A DNA stretch of 64,000 bases from Alphaproteobacteria bacterium (lineage in GTDB: Bacteria > Pseudomonadota > Alphaproteobacteria > UBA828). Shown in pieces: positions 33,380 through 41,809 of the stretch (its first letter is position 1; the number at the start of each line of letters is the position of its first letter). The stretch is from positions 160,001 to 224,000 of the forward strand of contig CAXXVO010000005.1 in the NCBI GenBank assembly GCA_963422645.2, given 5' to 3'. The translations under genes and the position numbers were made by a program. A model generated the notes under the pieces. The model was not told where the DNA came from, did not search any database, and was given only the letters and a program-made list of their open reading frames with translations.

Positions 33380-33823
33380 TCAGGCTGCGTCGGAGCGCGG
33401 CCTGATAGCCACGTAGGCCATGCGGTAGTGCTCAGGGCAGTAGGGCTTGTCGAGCAGCGCATGCTCGCCGCAGAAATGAAAGTCAGGCTCGCCCGGATGA
33501 CCGGTGGGCCATTTGCATGCCGCGTTGCCGACGGCGAGAGGCGGCTGCGGCGCCCGCGGCTTGATCTGGGTCACGATCCCCGCGGAGCCCGTCGCCGGCT
33601 TCCGCCCATTCGCGCTCTTGGTGCCGTTTGTCGGCCTCGGCGTGCTCGGATAGCTTTTACCGCGCCTGATCGGCGACGGACGCGGCGGCAGCTGCAGCCG
33701 ATGCGCCTTGCCGACAACGGCGTTCTTCGACATCCCGACAGCGCGCCCGATCTCGGCAGTCGTGAGTCCTTCGTTCCACAGCCGGGTCACGGTGGCGACC
33801 CGCTCCGGCGTCCAGGCTGTCAT
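33380..33823 (-). CDS. gcrA: GcrA family cell-cycle regulator
   Basis: WTPERV..VTRLWNEGLTTAEIG..VGMSKNAVVGKAHRL; C-terminal CKWP.G.PG...FHFCG...PYCPEH. Confidence 0.88.
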   Translation of the reverse strand: MTAWTPERVATVTRLWNEGLTTAEIGRAVGMSKNAVVGKAHRLQLPPRPSPIRRGKSYPSTPRPTNGTKSANGRKPATGSAGIVTQIKPRAPQPPLAVGNAACKWPTGHPGEPDFHFCGEHALLDKPYCPEHYRMAYVAIRPRSDAA

Positions 33824-33856
33824 AACCGTCCCTCCGTCTGGTGCCGGGCCCACACC

Positions 33857-33920
33857 GGTCCAAATCTAGGAGTAATTTTGCCCTAAACGCCCAATATACA
33901 GTACCACACACAAAATGCAA
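33857..33920 (-). promoter_or_regulatory. Putative sigma70 promoter of gcrA overlapped by two NrdR-box-like motifs
   Basis: Minus strand TTGCAT-16bp-TATATT (33920-33893). Boxes GGTCCAAATCTAGGAG (33857) and GCCCAATATACAGTAC (33889) are 32 bp apart. Confidence 0.45.
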
Positions 33921-34120
33921 GGCTCGCTCGCTCGGTGATTCGCACTGGGGCCGAGATGTGGACCGGTCGCGTGGGCGCGCCGGGTCTTGCACGACGACCC
34001 GATCTTTGGCTAACTCTGCGAATTAGGGAGGAAAAATAAGAAGGGCAGACCCGCGATAGGGAGGAACGCGATGAGACGGGTGGCGGCTCCTGACAGGCGC
34101 GGGCTGAGGCGAGGGCTGCC

Positions 34121-34804
34121 GTGAGCGTGTTTCGCCGCCGCGAGAAGCTGAGCCGACTGGCTCGGCTGCGCCGGTTCGTATGGCCGAGCATGGGCTGGGG
34201 CCGGGTCCTCCGCTACTGGACCTTCAAGCTCAAGCGCCTGCAGGGCTCGCCCTACGCCATCGCCTGCGGCTTCGCCTGCGGCGCGGCGGTCTCGTTCACG
34301 CCCTTGATTGGCTTCCATTTCATCCTCGCTGCGGTGCTCGCGTGGGCGCTGCGCGGCAACGTCATCGCGGCGGCGATCGGCACTGCGGTCGGCAATCCGT
34401 GGACCTTCCCCTTCATTTGGGCGGGCATCATCTGGCTCGGAACCTGGATCCTCGGCTACGAGCGCGGGCAGGAGCTACCCGCGGATATGACGATTGCCAC
34501 CATTTTCGAGGAGCCGGGCACGGTGCTGCTGCCCATGCTGGTGGGCGGCCTGCCGGCAGCGGTGGTGGTGTGGATCGTCTTCTACTTCCCGATCCGACGG
34601 GTGGTGGGCAACTATCAGCACCATCGCCAGGCAAGGCGCCTGCGGCGCCGGCGCATACTCGACGAGGAACGCGAAGCCAGATTGGCCGCCACGCGGCAGG
34701 CGGAGGACGACATCTCAATCCCTGAGGCAGTCCCGGGGGACGCCGAGCCGGCCGCCGCGAACGTAACCCATCTCGACCAGGTGTTGGTGGACCGCGGCCG
34801 CTGA
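34121..34804 (+). CDS. DUF2062 domain membrane protein
   Basis: [12 protein letters not shown]...[18 protein letters not shown]; conserved upstream of acpS. Confidence 0.88.
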   Translation: MSVFRRREKLSRLARLRRFVWPSMGWGRVLRYWTFKLKRLQGSPYAIACGFACGAAVSFTPLIGFHFILAAVLAWALRGNVIAAAIGTAVGNPWTFPFIWAGIIWLGTWILGYERGQELPADMTIATIFEEPGTVLLPMLVGGLPAAVVVWIVFYFPIRRVVGNYQHHRQARRLRRRRILDEEREARLAATRQAEDDISIPEAVPGDAEPAAANVTHLDQVLVDRGR

Positions 34805-34850
34805 TGACGCGCGTGTGGTGAACGCCGCTGCCGATCCGCCGGCGTGGCCG

Positions 34851-35255
34851 ATGATCGTGGGCCTCGGCGCCGACATCGTCGATATTCGCCGGATTGCGGC
34901 CACGCTCGACCGCTTCGGCGCGCGCTTCACCCACCGCGTTTTTACCGCAGTCGAGCGTGCCCGCGCCGAACGCCGGCTGAGACCCGAAGAAACTTATGCC
35001 CGCAGATTCGCCGCCAAAGAAGCCTGCGCGAAGGCGCTCGGCACCGGGCTACGCAAGGGCGTCTTCTGGCGCGACATGGCGGTAGTCAACCTTCCCACCG
35101 GCCAGCCCACGATCGAGCTCAGCGGCGGCGCGCTCAAGCGCTTGCAATCGCTCACGCCTTCGGGCATGAGATGCCGGATCGATGTGACATTGACCGATGA
35201 GCCGCCGATCGCCCAGGCCATCGTGGTGATCACGGCAATCCCAACCATCGACTGA
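34851..35255 (+). CDS. acpS: Holo-[acyl-carrier-protein] synthase
   Basis: [27 protein letters not shown]. Confidence 0.95.
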   Translation: MIVGLGADIVDIRRIAATLDRFGARFTHRVFTAVERARAERRLRPEETYARRFAAKEACAKALGTGLRKGVFWRDMAVVNLPTGQPTIELSGGALKRLQSLTPSGMRCRIDVTLTDEPPIAQAIVVITAIPTID

Positions 35256-35313
35256 CGCAACAAGGGCAGCGGGCGGCCCGGGTCGCGATCAGCTGGAACC
35301 GAAGCGACCGGAC

Positions 35314-36081
35314 ATGGGGCGCGCCAAGACCGAAAGCAAGGGCTCGGCCAAGAGTAGATTCAGCGGCTTCTGGGACACCATCCGGACTCTGATCTACGCG
35401 GTGCTCGCGGCGCTGATCGTCCGCACCGCCGCCATCGAGCCCTTCAACATTCCATCCGGCTCGATGATCCCGACCCTGCTGGTCGGCGATTATCTGTTCG
35501 TGTCGAAGTACGCCTACGGCTACAGCACGCACTCGCTGCCGTGGAGTGTCGATCTGTTCGACGGGCGGATCATCGACAGCCCGCCCGATCGGGGCGACGT
35601 CGCGGTCTTCAAGCTGCCCCGCGACAACTCGACCGACTACATCAAGCGCATCGTCGGGCTCCCCGGCGACCGCATCCAGGTGCTCAAGGGGGTGCTCCAC
35701 ATCAACGGCACGCCGGTGATTCGCGAGCGCGTCGACGATTACAGCTACACGGACCGCTATGGCCGTGAGCGCGTGCTCCGCCAGTATCGCGAGACGCTGC
35801 CGAACGGCGTCTCCTACATGACACTCGACGCCACGCCCACGGGCGGCCTCGACAATACGCAGATTTACACCGTGCCCCCCGATCACTACTTCGCCATGGG
35901 CGACAACCGGGACAACTCGCTCGACAGCCGCGTGCCGTCGGTCGGGTTCATCCCGTCCAAAAACTTTGTGGGGCGGGCCGAGTTCATCTTCCACTCGCTG
36001 GAGGATGGAACCAGCATCGGGGAGGTCTGGAAGTGGCCCAGCGCAACACGCAGCGAGCGGGTATTCAAGGCGATCGACTAG
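35314..36081 (+). CDS. lepB: Signal peptidase I
   Basis: IPSGSMIPTL, YIKRIVGLPGD, MGDNRDNSLDSR. Confidence 0.96.
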   Translation: MGRAKTESKGSAKSRFSGFWDTIRTLIYAVLAALIVRTAAIEPFNIPSGSMIPTLLVGDYLFVSKYAYGYSTHSLPWSVDLFDGRIIDSPPDRGDVAVFKLPRDNSTDYIKRIVGLPGDRIQVLKGVLHINGTPVIRERVDDYSYTDRYGRERVLRQYRETLPNGVSYMTLDATPTGGLDNTQIYTVPPDHYFAMGDNRDNSLDSRVPSVGFIPSKNFVGRAEFIFHSLEDGTSIGEVWKWPSATRSERVFKAID

Positions 36082-36113
36082 CGCCCAAGGGCGGGGCAGG
36101 GAGGCCGAAGAGG

Positions 36114-36818
36114 GTGGTGGAAGACGCCGCCCGATCGGCGGAGTCCCTTGAAGGAGCTCTCGGTCATCGCTTCGAGCGCCCGGCGCTGCTCGCGCTCGCG
36201 CTCAGCCATCCGAGCGCGGGCACGCAAGCCGGCAGCAACCAGCGCTTGGAGTTCCTGGGCGACCGTGTGCTTGGCATGGTCGTGGCGGCGATGCTGTACG
36301 AGGCCTTCCCGCGCGAGGCCGAGGGGGCCCTTTCCCAACGCCATTCCGCGCTGGTCCGCCGCGAGGCGTTGGAGGGCGTGGCCCGCAGCCTGGAACTCGG
36401 CGACCGGCTCACTCTCAGCCGCAGCGAGGACGGCGCTGGCGGGCGCGACAATCCTGCCAACCTCGCGGATGCCTGCGAAGCGGTCATCGGCGCCCTCTAT
36501 ATCGACGGCGGTCTCGATGCCGCCGAGCGCTTCATCCGCCGCTATTGGGCGCGGGCGATGAATGCCGATCCCGAACCGCCGCGCGATGCCAAGACCCGGC
36601 TCCAGGAATGGACGCAATCGCGGGGGCTCGGGCTTCCGGCCTATCGCACGCTGTCGTCCACCGGCCCCGCCCATAGTCCGCTCTTCGAGGTCGAGGCGGA
36701 GGTCGCCGGGCTCGGCAAGGCAGTTGCCGCCGGCACCACCAAGCGCGCGGCAGAGCAAGGCGCGGCCGGCGCGCTGCTCGCGCGCATCGCCGGTCCAGGG
36801 AGAAAGGGCGATGGCTGA
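36114..36818 (+). CDS. rnc: Ribonuclease III
   Basis: NQRLEFLGDRVL, LADACEAVIGA, dsRBD (DAKTRLQEW). Start is approximate. Confidence 0.95.
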   Translation: MVEDAARSAESLEGALGHRFERPALLALALSHPSAGTQAGSNQRLEFLGDRVLGMVVAAMLYEAFPREAEGALSQRHSALVRREALEGVARSLELGDRLTLSRSEDGAGGRDNPANLADACEAVIGALYIDGGLDAAERFIRRYWARAMNADPEPPRDAKTRLQEWTQSRGLGLPAYRTLSSTGPAHSPLFEVEAEVAGLGKAVAAGTTKRAAEQGAAGALLARIAGPGRKGDG

Positions 36819-37713
36819 GACCGGCACCCGAGCGGGGTTCGTCGCCGTGCTGGGGGCGCCCAATGTCGGCAAGTCCACACTGGTTAACCGGCTCGTGGGC
36901 GCCAAGGTCGCCATCGTCTCGCCCAGGGTGCAGACCACGCGCAGCCGGTTGCGCGGCATTCGCGTGATCGACAACGTGCAGCTCGTCTTCGTCGATACGC
37001 CCGGAATCTTTGCTGCCAAGCACCGCTTCGAGCGCGCGATGGTCCACGCCGCCTGGAGCGGCGCGCACGACGCCGACGCCATCCTGCTGCTGGTGGACGC
37101 GCGGCGCGGGATGACCGGCGACACCAGGGCCATCATCGACCGGCTCAAGGAGACCGGGCGCGAGACCCTGGTGGCGCTCAACAAGATCGATCTGGTGCCC
37201 CGACACGCGCTGCTGCCGCTCGCCGCGGAGGTCGAGAGAACCGGGCTTGCGGCCGAAATCTTCATGGTCTCGGCGCTCGACGGCGACGGGGTCGAGGACC
37301 TGCTGGAGGTGCTCAAGGACCGGATGCCGCCGGGCCCCTGGCTCTATCCCGAAGACCAGCTCACCGACATTTCGGAGCGCCTGCTGGCGGCGGAGATCAC
37401 GCGTGAGCAGCTCTTCCTGCAGCTGCGCCAGGAGCTCCCCTATGCCATTGCGGTGGAGACCGAAGGCTGGACCAGCGCCCGAAACGGGGGCGCACGGGTC
37501 GAGCAGGTGATCTACGTGCAGCGGGAGACGCACAAGGGCATCGTCCTCGGCAAGGGCGGGCAGCGAATCAAGGCGATCGGCACGGCCGCGCGCACCGAGC
37601 TCTCTCAGATCCTCGGCCGCCCGATCGACCTGAAGCTCTTCGTGAAGGTGAGGCAACGCTGGCTCGAGGACCCCGAGCGCTACCGTGACATCGGACTCGA
37701 ATACGACGTCTGA
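36811..37713 (+). CDS. era: GTPase Era
   Basis: GAPNVGKS, QTTR, DTPG, NKID, KH motif VLGKGG. Confidence 0.96.
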   Translation: MAETGTRAGFVAVLGAPNVGKSTLVNRLVGAKVAIVSPRVQTTRSRLRGIRVIDNVQLVFVDTPGIFAAKHRFERAMVHAAWSGAHDADAILLLVDARRGMTGDTRAIIDRLKETGRETLVALNKIDLVPRHALLPLAAEVERTGLAAEIFMVSALDGDGVEDLLEVLKDRMPPGPWLYPEDQLTDISERLLAAEITREQLFLQLRQELPYAIAVETEGWTSARNGGARVEQVIYVQRETHKGIVLGKGGQRIKAIGTAARTELSQILGRPIDLKLFVKVRQRWLEDPERYRDIGLEYDV

Positions 37714-37806
37714 CAGCGCGCGAACACGGAGCGCCACACCCCGCTTAATCGCGGCACGCTCGTGTGCCACAGTAGGGCTCGCACTCTGGGACAGGGAGGG
37801 TGCGGG

Positions 37807-38684
37807 ATGACAACGGGCGGCACAGAGCGGCCCAGCGGCGTTCGTTACGAGCCCAATGATAGACCGCCGCCGGCGCTCGCCGGTGGGCTCGGCCTGCAGC
37901 TCGCTATCCTCTGCATCGCCGGCGTCGCACTGACGCCCGCAATCGTGGTCCGCGCCGCCGGCGGGACAGAGTCTTATCTCTCGTGGGCGGTCTTCGGCGC
38001 CGTCCTGGTCAGCGGCATCACCTCGGTCCTGCAAGCGGTCCGCGTCGGGCGGATCGGGGCCGGCTACGTCCTCGTCATGGGCACCTCCGGGGCTTTCATC
38101 GCGATTTGTGTGGGCGCGATTGCCCAAGGCGGGCCGGCGATGCTCGCCACGCTGGTGGTGATCTCCTCATTCTTCCAATTCCTGCTCGCGTGGCGGCTTT
38201 CGCTGCTCCGGCGAATCCTGACACCAACGGTCTCGGGCACTGTCATCATGCTGATACCGGTGACGGTGATGCCGATCGTCTTCGACATGCTGACCCACGT
38301 GCCTGAGGGCACGCCGGCGCTGGCCGCGCCGCTCTCGGCGCTTGTGACGGCGTTGGCGATCTGCGCTATCTCGCTGAAGGCGCAGGGTGTGCTGCGCCTC
38401 TGGGGGCCGGTGATCGGCATCGTCGCCGGCTGCGGGGTTGCCGGGTACTTCGGCCTTTACGATGTCCGCAGCATCGCTGCGGCAACATGGGTCGGCCTGC
38501 CGCAAGGCGGATGGCCGGGCTTCGACCTCGACTTCGGGCCGGTCTTCTGGGGACTGCTGCCGGGTTTCGTGTTCGTGACCCTGGTCGGCGCCATCGAGAC
38601 GGTGGGCGACGGCATCGCCATCCAGCGGGTCTCCTGGCGCAAGCCGCGGGCGGTGGACTTTCGCGCAGTGCAGGGCGCGGTCGG
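37807..38684 (+). pseudogene. NCS2 (xanthine/uracil permease) family gene, 5' part, interrupted by the serine-recombinase element
   Basis: YEPNDRPP...GLQ, TPAIV, SGITSVLQ, ETVGD; breaks at DFRAVQGAV. Confidence 0.88.
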
Positions 38685-40335
38685 GACGCCCTGAACGCAA
38701 AAGGCAACCTTCGCCTTCGGTGCTGTGGTTGCCGGGTTTCGACGGGTCTGGACCGCCGCCTGGCGATCCCGAGATTGGGATTGAATGGCGAATGGTGATT
38801 TTGTCCTCGGTGACCAACACCTCCTTCACGATGAGCCGGACGATGCGCTGCCGTTCGGCGATGTCCAGGGTTTCGGCGGACGAGTGCAGCCGCGCCAGAA
38901 AGCCGGTCAGCGTCTCGGCGAGCCGGAGATAGGTCTCGCGATCCTTCGCCCGATCGACGGTGGATTGCAGTTCGCGATTCAGAGCCTGATCCTGACGACG
39001 GAGCTCGGGCGTTCTGTCGCGCAGTTCATCGATTGTAATCAACTCCTCCTGATAGGCGTTGACCAGGCGGTCGATGCTTTTTCGGACCCGGATCAGACGG
39101 TGCCGCAGGTCGTTCTCGCGCTGCTGGTTTGGATCGGAAGCGCGGGCCGCCTGTAGTCGCCGGTCGATCTCGGCGCCGATCAGTGCTGGATCCTCGAGCA
39201 GGCGGACCACTTCGCCCCAGACGACGTCATCGAGCAAGTCCTGGCGCACCGGCCGACTGTCGCACACCGGTCCGTTGAGATGGCGCCAAGAGTCAGAACC
39301 CAGGCAGCGATAATAGGAGATCTTGCGGGCACTCGTCTGGGCCGATGTGCGAGACAGCGCGTAGCCGCATTTGCCGCACGAGACCAGTCCCTGGAGCACG
39401 CTGGGCGTCTTCGTGCGACGCGGCGCGTGGATCTTGTTCATCTCCAGCCGCTCTTCGGCCAGGGCGAAGGTCTCTTCGCTGACGATCGCCGGCACCGGGA
39501 TCTCGATCCACTCCTCACGCGGTTTTTCGTGACCGCCGGTCGTGCCGCTGGCCACGCCGCGGCGCAGGCGCAGAGGACGTGTCACACATTTACGCGGCAT
39601 CTGGCGGGTCTTGCCGAAACAGGCTTTCCCCTTGTACGCCGGATTGCGGAGCATCGCCCACACCGTCGAGCGTTCCCAGCGCGAGCGCCCGGTGGAGGTG
39701 GGTACCGCGCGCTCATTGAGCCTGCAGGTGATCGCGCCGATGCTCATGTGATCGCAGGTGTAGCAGCGGTAAACCTCGCGAACCACCGACGCCTGCGGCT
39801 CGACGATTTCGTAGAACGCATCGCTGTCCGGGGTTTTCTTGTGGTAGCGGTAGCCATAGGGCGCGCCGCCGAGGACGGCGATTTCGCCGCGTCGCGCCCG
39901 ATGTCGCTTGCCGCGCCGGGAACGCTCCAGGATTTGCGCGCGCTCGTATTCCGCAATCATGCCCTGGAACTGGACGAGCAGATGATCTTCCGGGGTTTCC
40001 ATCGACGGCGCTCTCAAGAACACGGTCTCGACGCCCTGACGGGCCAGCTCCTCGATGATCAGAACCTGGTAGGCATAGCGCCGGCTCATACGGTCCGGGG
40101 CATGGACCAGCACCGTGTCGATGCGCCCTTCCGCGGCGAGATCCCTGACCCGCTCGAGCCCCGGGCGTTCGAGAACGGCGCCGGTATAGCCGTCATCTTC
40201 AATGATCATGTCGGGCGCGACGCTGTAACCGTGGTCCTCGGCGTAGGCGATCAGGGCCTCGGTCTGGCTCGCTATCGTGTTGTCATCTCTCTGCCGCTCG
40301 CCGGAGACCCGCGCGTAAATGGCTGCGATCTTCAT
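38167..40335 (-). CDS. Large serine recombinase (resolvase, recombinase and Zn-ribbon domains); the last ~170 aa are read-through into target DNA
   Basis: YARVS catalytic serine, DDGYTG..ERPGL, DRMSR, CGKCG...YYRC...C and a coiled coil. No stop codon inside the element. Confidence 0.92.
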   Translation of the reverse strand: MKIAAIYARVSGERQRDDNTIASQTEALIAYAEDHGYSVAPDMIIEDDGYTGAVLERPGLERVRDLAAEGRIDTVLVHAPDRMSRRYAYQVLIIEELARQGVETVFLRAPSMETPEDHLLVQFQGMIAEYERAQILERSRRGKRHRARRGEIAVLGGAPYGYRYHKKTPDSDAFYEIVEPQASVVREVYRCYTCDHMSIGAITCRLNERAVPTSTGRSRWERSTVWAMLRNPAYKGKACFGKTRQMPRKCVTRPLRLRRGVASGTTGGHEKPREEWIEIPVPAIVSEETFALAEERLEMNKIHAPRRTKTPSVLQGLVSCGKCGYALSRTSAQTSARKISYYRCLGSDSWRHLNGPVCDSRPVRQDLLDDVVWGEVVRLLEDPALIGAEIDRRLQAARASDPNQQRENDLRHRLIRVRKSIDRLVNAYQEELITIDELRDRTPELRRQDQALNRELQSTVDRAKDRETYLRLAETLTGFLARLHSSAETLDIAERQRIVRLIVKEVLVTEDKITIRHSIPISGSPGGGPDPSKPGNHSTEGEGCLLRSGRPDRALHCAKVHRPRLAPGDPLDGDAVAHRLDGADQGHEHETRQQSPEDRPEVEVEARPSALRQADPCCRSDAADIVKAEVPGNPAAGDDADHRPPEAQHTLRLQRDSADRQRRHKRRERRGQRRRALRHVGQHVEDDRHHRHRYQHDDSARDRWCQDSPEQRKPPREQELEE

Positions 40336-40489
40336 GGTCGTCTCCTATGTCCTGCGCTCGGACCGGGATTTTGTGAGTTTGATCGGGCACCAGGATCGCG
40401 TAGGCGTTGTGGAGTTTGGCGTCGAGCAGACGATCGAAGGCATAAGCGAGGTGAACCGTGGGCCGAGCGCCCAAGCGACGTTCAGCCAT
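40283..40489 (-). CDS. Small hypothetical protein of the LSR element
   Basis: 68 aa, overlapping both neighbours (VHLAYAFDRLL..KL..AYAILVP). Confidence 0.6.
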   Translation of the reverse strand: MAERRLGARPTVHLAYAFDRLLDAKLHNAYAILVPDQTHKIPVRAQDIGDDHEDRSHLRAGLRRAAER

Positions 40490-40811
40490 GCCGATCCGCG
40501 TCCGATAAAAAGCGTCTCAGCGCCCGCGCGACGATCTCCCCGATGGAGTGGCCGCTGCTCCTGGCGTGGGCTCGCAAGGTCTCCGCCAGAGTGCCTGGAA
40601 TCTTGATGGTGATCGGGATCAGCTCTTCGGTCGGCTCGGCCGGCTGGCCCATGGCGCGCGCGTCCTGGACGTAGCGATAGGACTGACGCTGCGACAGCCC
40701 GAAGCGCTGCGACAGCCGTGCCACGGCTTCGCTCGCCGTGGCGCCCTGGGCGAGCAGCGTGTAGGCGGCATTGAGCCGCTCGACCTTCTGGGATCTTGTT
40801 GACCGGATCAT
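40482..40811 (-). CDS. HTH plus ribbon-helix-helix-like DNA-binding protein of the LSR element
   Basis: LSQRFGLSQRQSYRYV (HTH-like) and ITIKIPGTLAETLRAHA...SIGEIVARAL (RHH-like). Confidence 0.72.
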   Translation of the reverse strand: MIRSTRSQKVERLNAAYTLLAQGATASEAVARLSQRFGLSQRQSYRYVQDARAMGQPAEPTEELIPITIKIPGTLAETLRAHARSSGHSIGEIVARALRRFLSDADRHG

Positions 40812-40822
40812 TTGCCATAAGA

Positions 40823-40852
40823 ATATTACCGTTTGCGGCGCAAGTCAGTCAA
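40823..40852 (-). promoter_or_regulatory. Putative sigma70 promoter of the LSR element operon
   Basis: Minus strand TTGACT-18bp-TAATAT just upstream of ATG 40811. Confidence 0.5.
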
Positions 40853-40918
40853 GGGACGGTCTCGCCATTCCACAATCTGACGTTCGAAGCGGAAGTTACC
40901 TTTTGCGTTCAGGGCGTC

Positions 40919-41809
40919 AGCGCGGACGGTGTTGGCAACCTGTTCTCCGGCCTGATGGGAACGGTGCCCAACACCACCTATTCCACCAGCATATCCGTCA
41001 CCGCGCTCACCGGCGTGGGCGCCCGCAGCGTGGGCGTTGCACTCGGAATCGCTTTCGTCGTGGTGGCGTTCATTCCCAAGGCGCTCGCCGTCGTGCTGGC
41101 GATACCGGGGCCGGTTGCGGCGGCCTACATCACCGTGCTGTTGGGGCTGCTCTTCGTGGTCGGCATGAGGATCGTCATCCAGGACGGGGTGGACTACCGC
41201 AAGGGCCTGATCGCCGGCGTGTCCTTCTGGATCGGGGTCGGCTTCCAGAACGGCGTGATCTTTCCCGAGCACGTCTCGGGCATCGCCGGCGGGCTCCTGG
41301 AGAACGGCATGACGGCCGGCGGCATGGCGGCGATTCTGCTCACGCTCTTCGTGGAGCTGACGGCACCCCGCCGACGCCGCATCCAGGCGCCCTTCGAGGT
41401 CGCGTCGCTGCCGAAGATCAGGGAGTTCCTGCAAACCTTCGCTTCCCGCAGCGGCTGGGGCGAGGCGATGGCCCATCGCCTGGATGCTGCCGCCGAGGAG
41501 GCGATCCTGACGCTGCTGCGGCACGAGGAAGAGGAAGAGGCGGAGGGAGCGCCGCACCGGAAGCGCCGCCTGCTACTCACCGCCCACAAGGAAGGCGGCG
41601 CTGCGGTGCTGGAATTCATTGCCGCACCCGGCGAGGAGAACGTGGAGGACCGGATCGCGCTGATGGGCGAGTCCTCCGACGATGCGCCCGAGCGGGAGGT
41701 GTCGCTACGCCTCCTGCGCCACCTCGCGTCCTCTGTCCACCACCAGCAGTATCACGACACGGATATCGTCACGATCCACGTGGAGGCCAGGGCGCCCCGC
41801 GCTAGCTGA
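40919..41809 (+). pseudogene. NCS2 permease 3' part fused to a degenerate HATPase/RsbW-like C-terminal domain
   Basis: Resumes at (S)ADGVGNLFSGLMGTVPNTTYS...TGV; then a soluble tail (SLPKIREFL...RLDAAAEEA...VSLRLLRHLASSVHH). Confidence 0.85.

Larger units (their letters stand above)
38685..40918 (-). mobile_element. IS-sized large-serine-recombinase element (HTH/RHH ORF, small ORF, LSR) with 20-bp terminal inverted repeats
   Basis: GACGCCCTGAACGCAAAAGG (38685-38704) and its perfect reverse complement (40899-40918). Removing the element restores the permease frame. Confidence 0.88.

Noticed and set aside
38167-38684. C-terminal ~170 aa of the 722-aa recombinase ORF as a real domain
   Set aside because: It is the antisense strand of the permease target, read only because the element lacks a stop codon.
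40796-40918. TTG start at 40796 giving an independent 337-aa permease
   Set aside because: The first 41 codons are element sequence; permease homology begins only at the junction.
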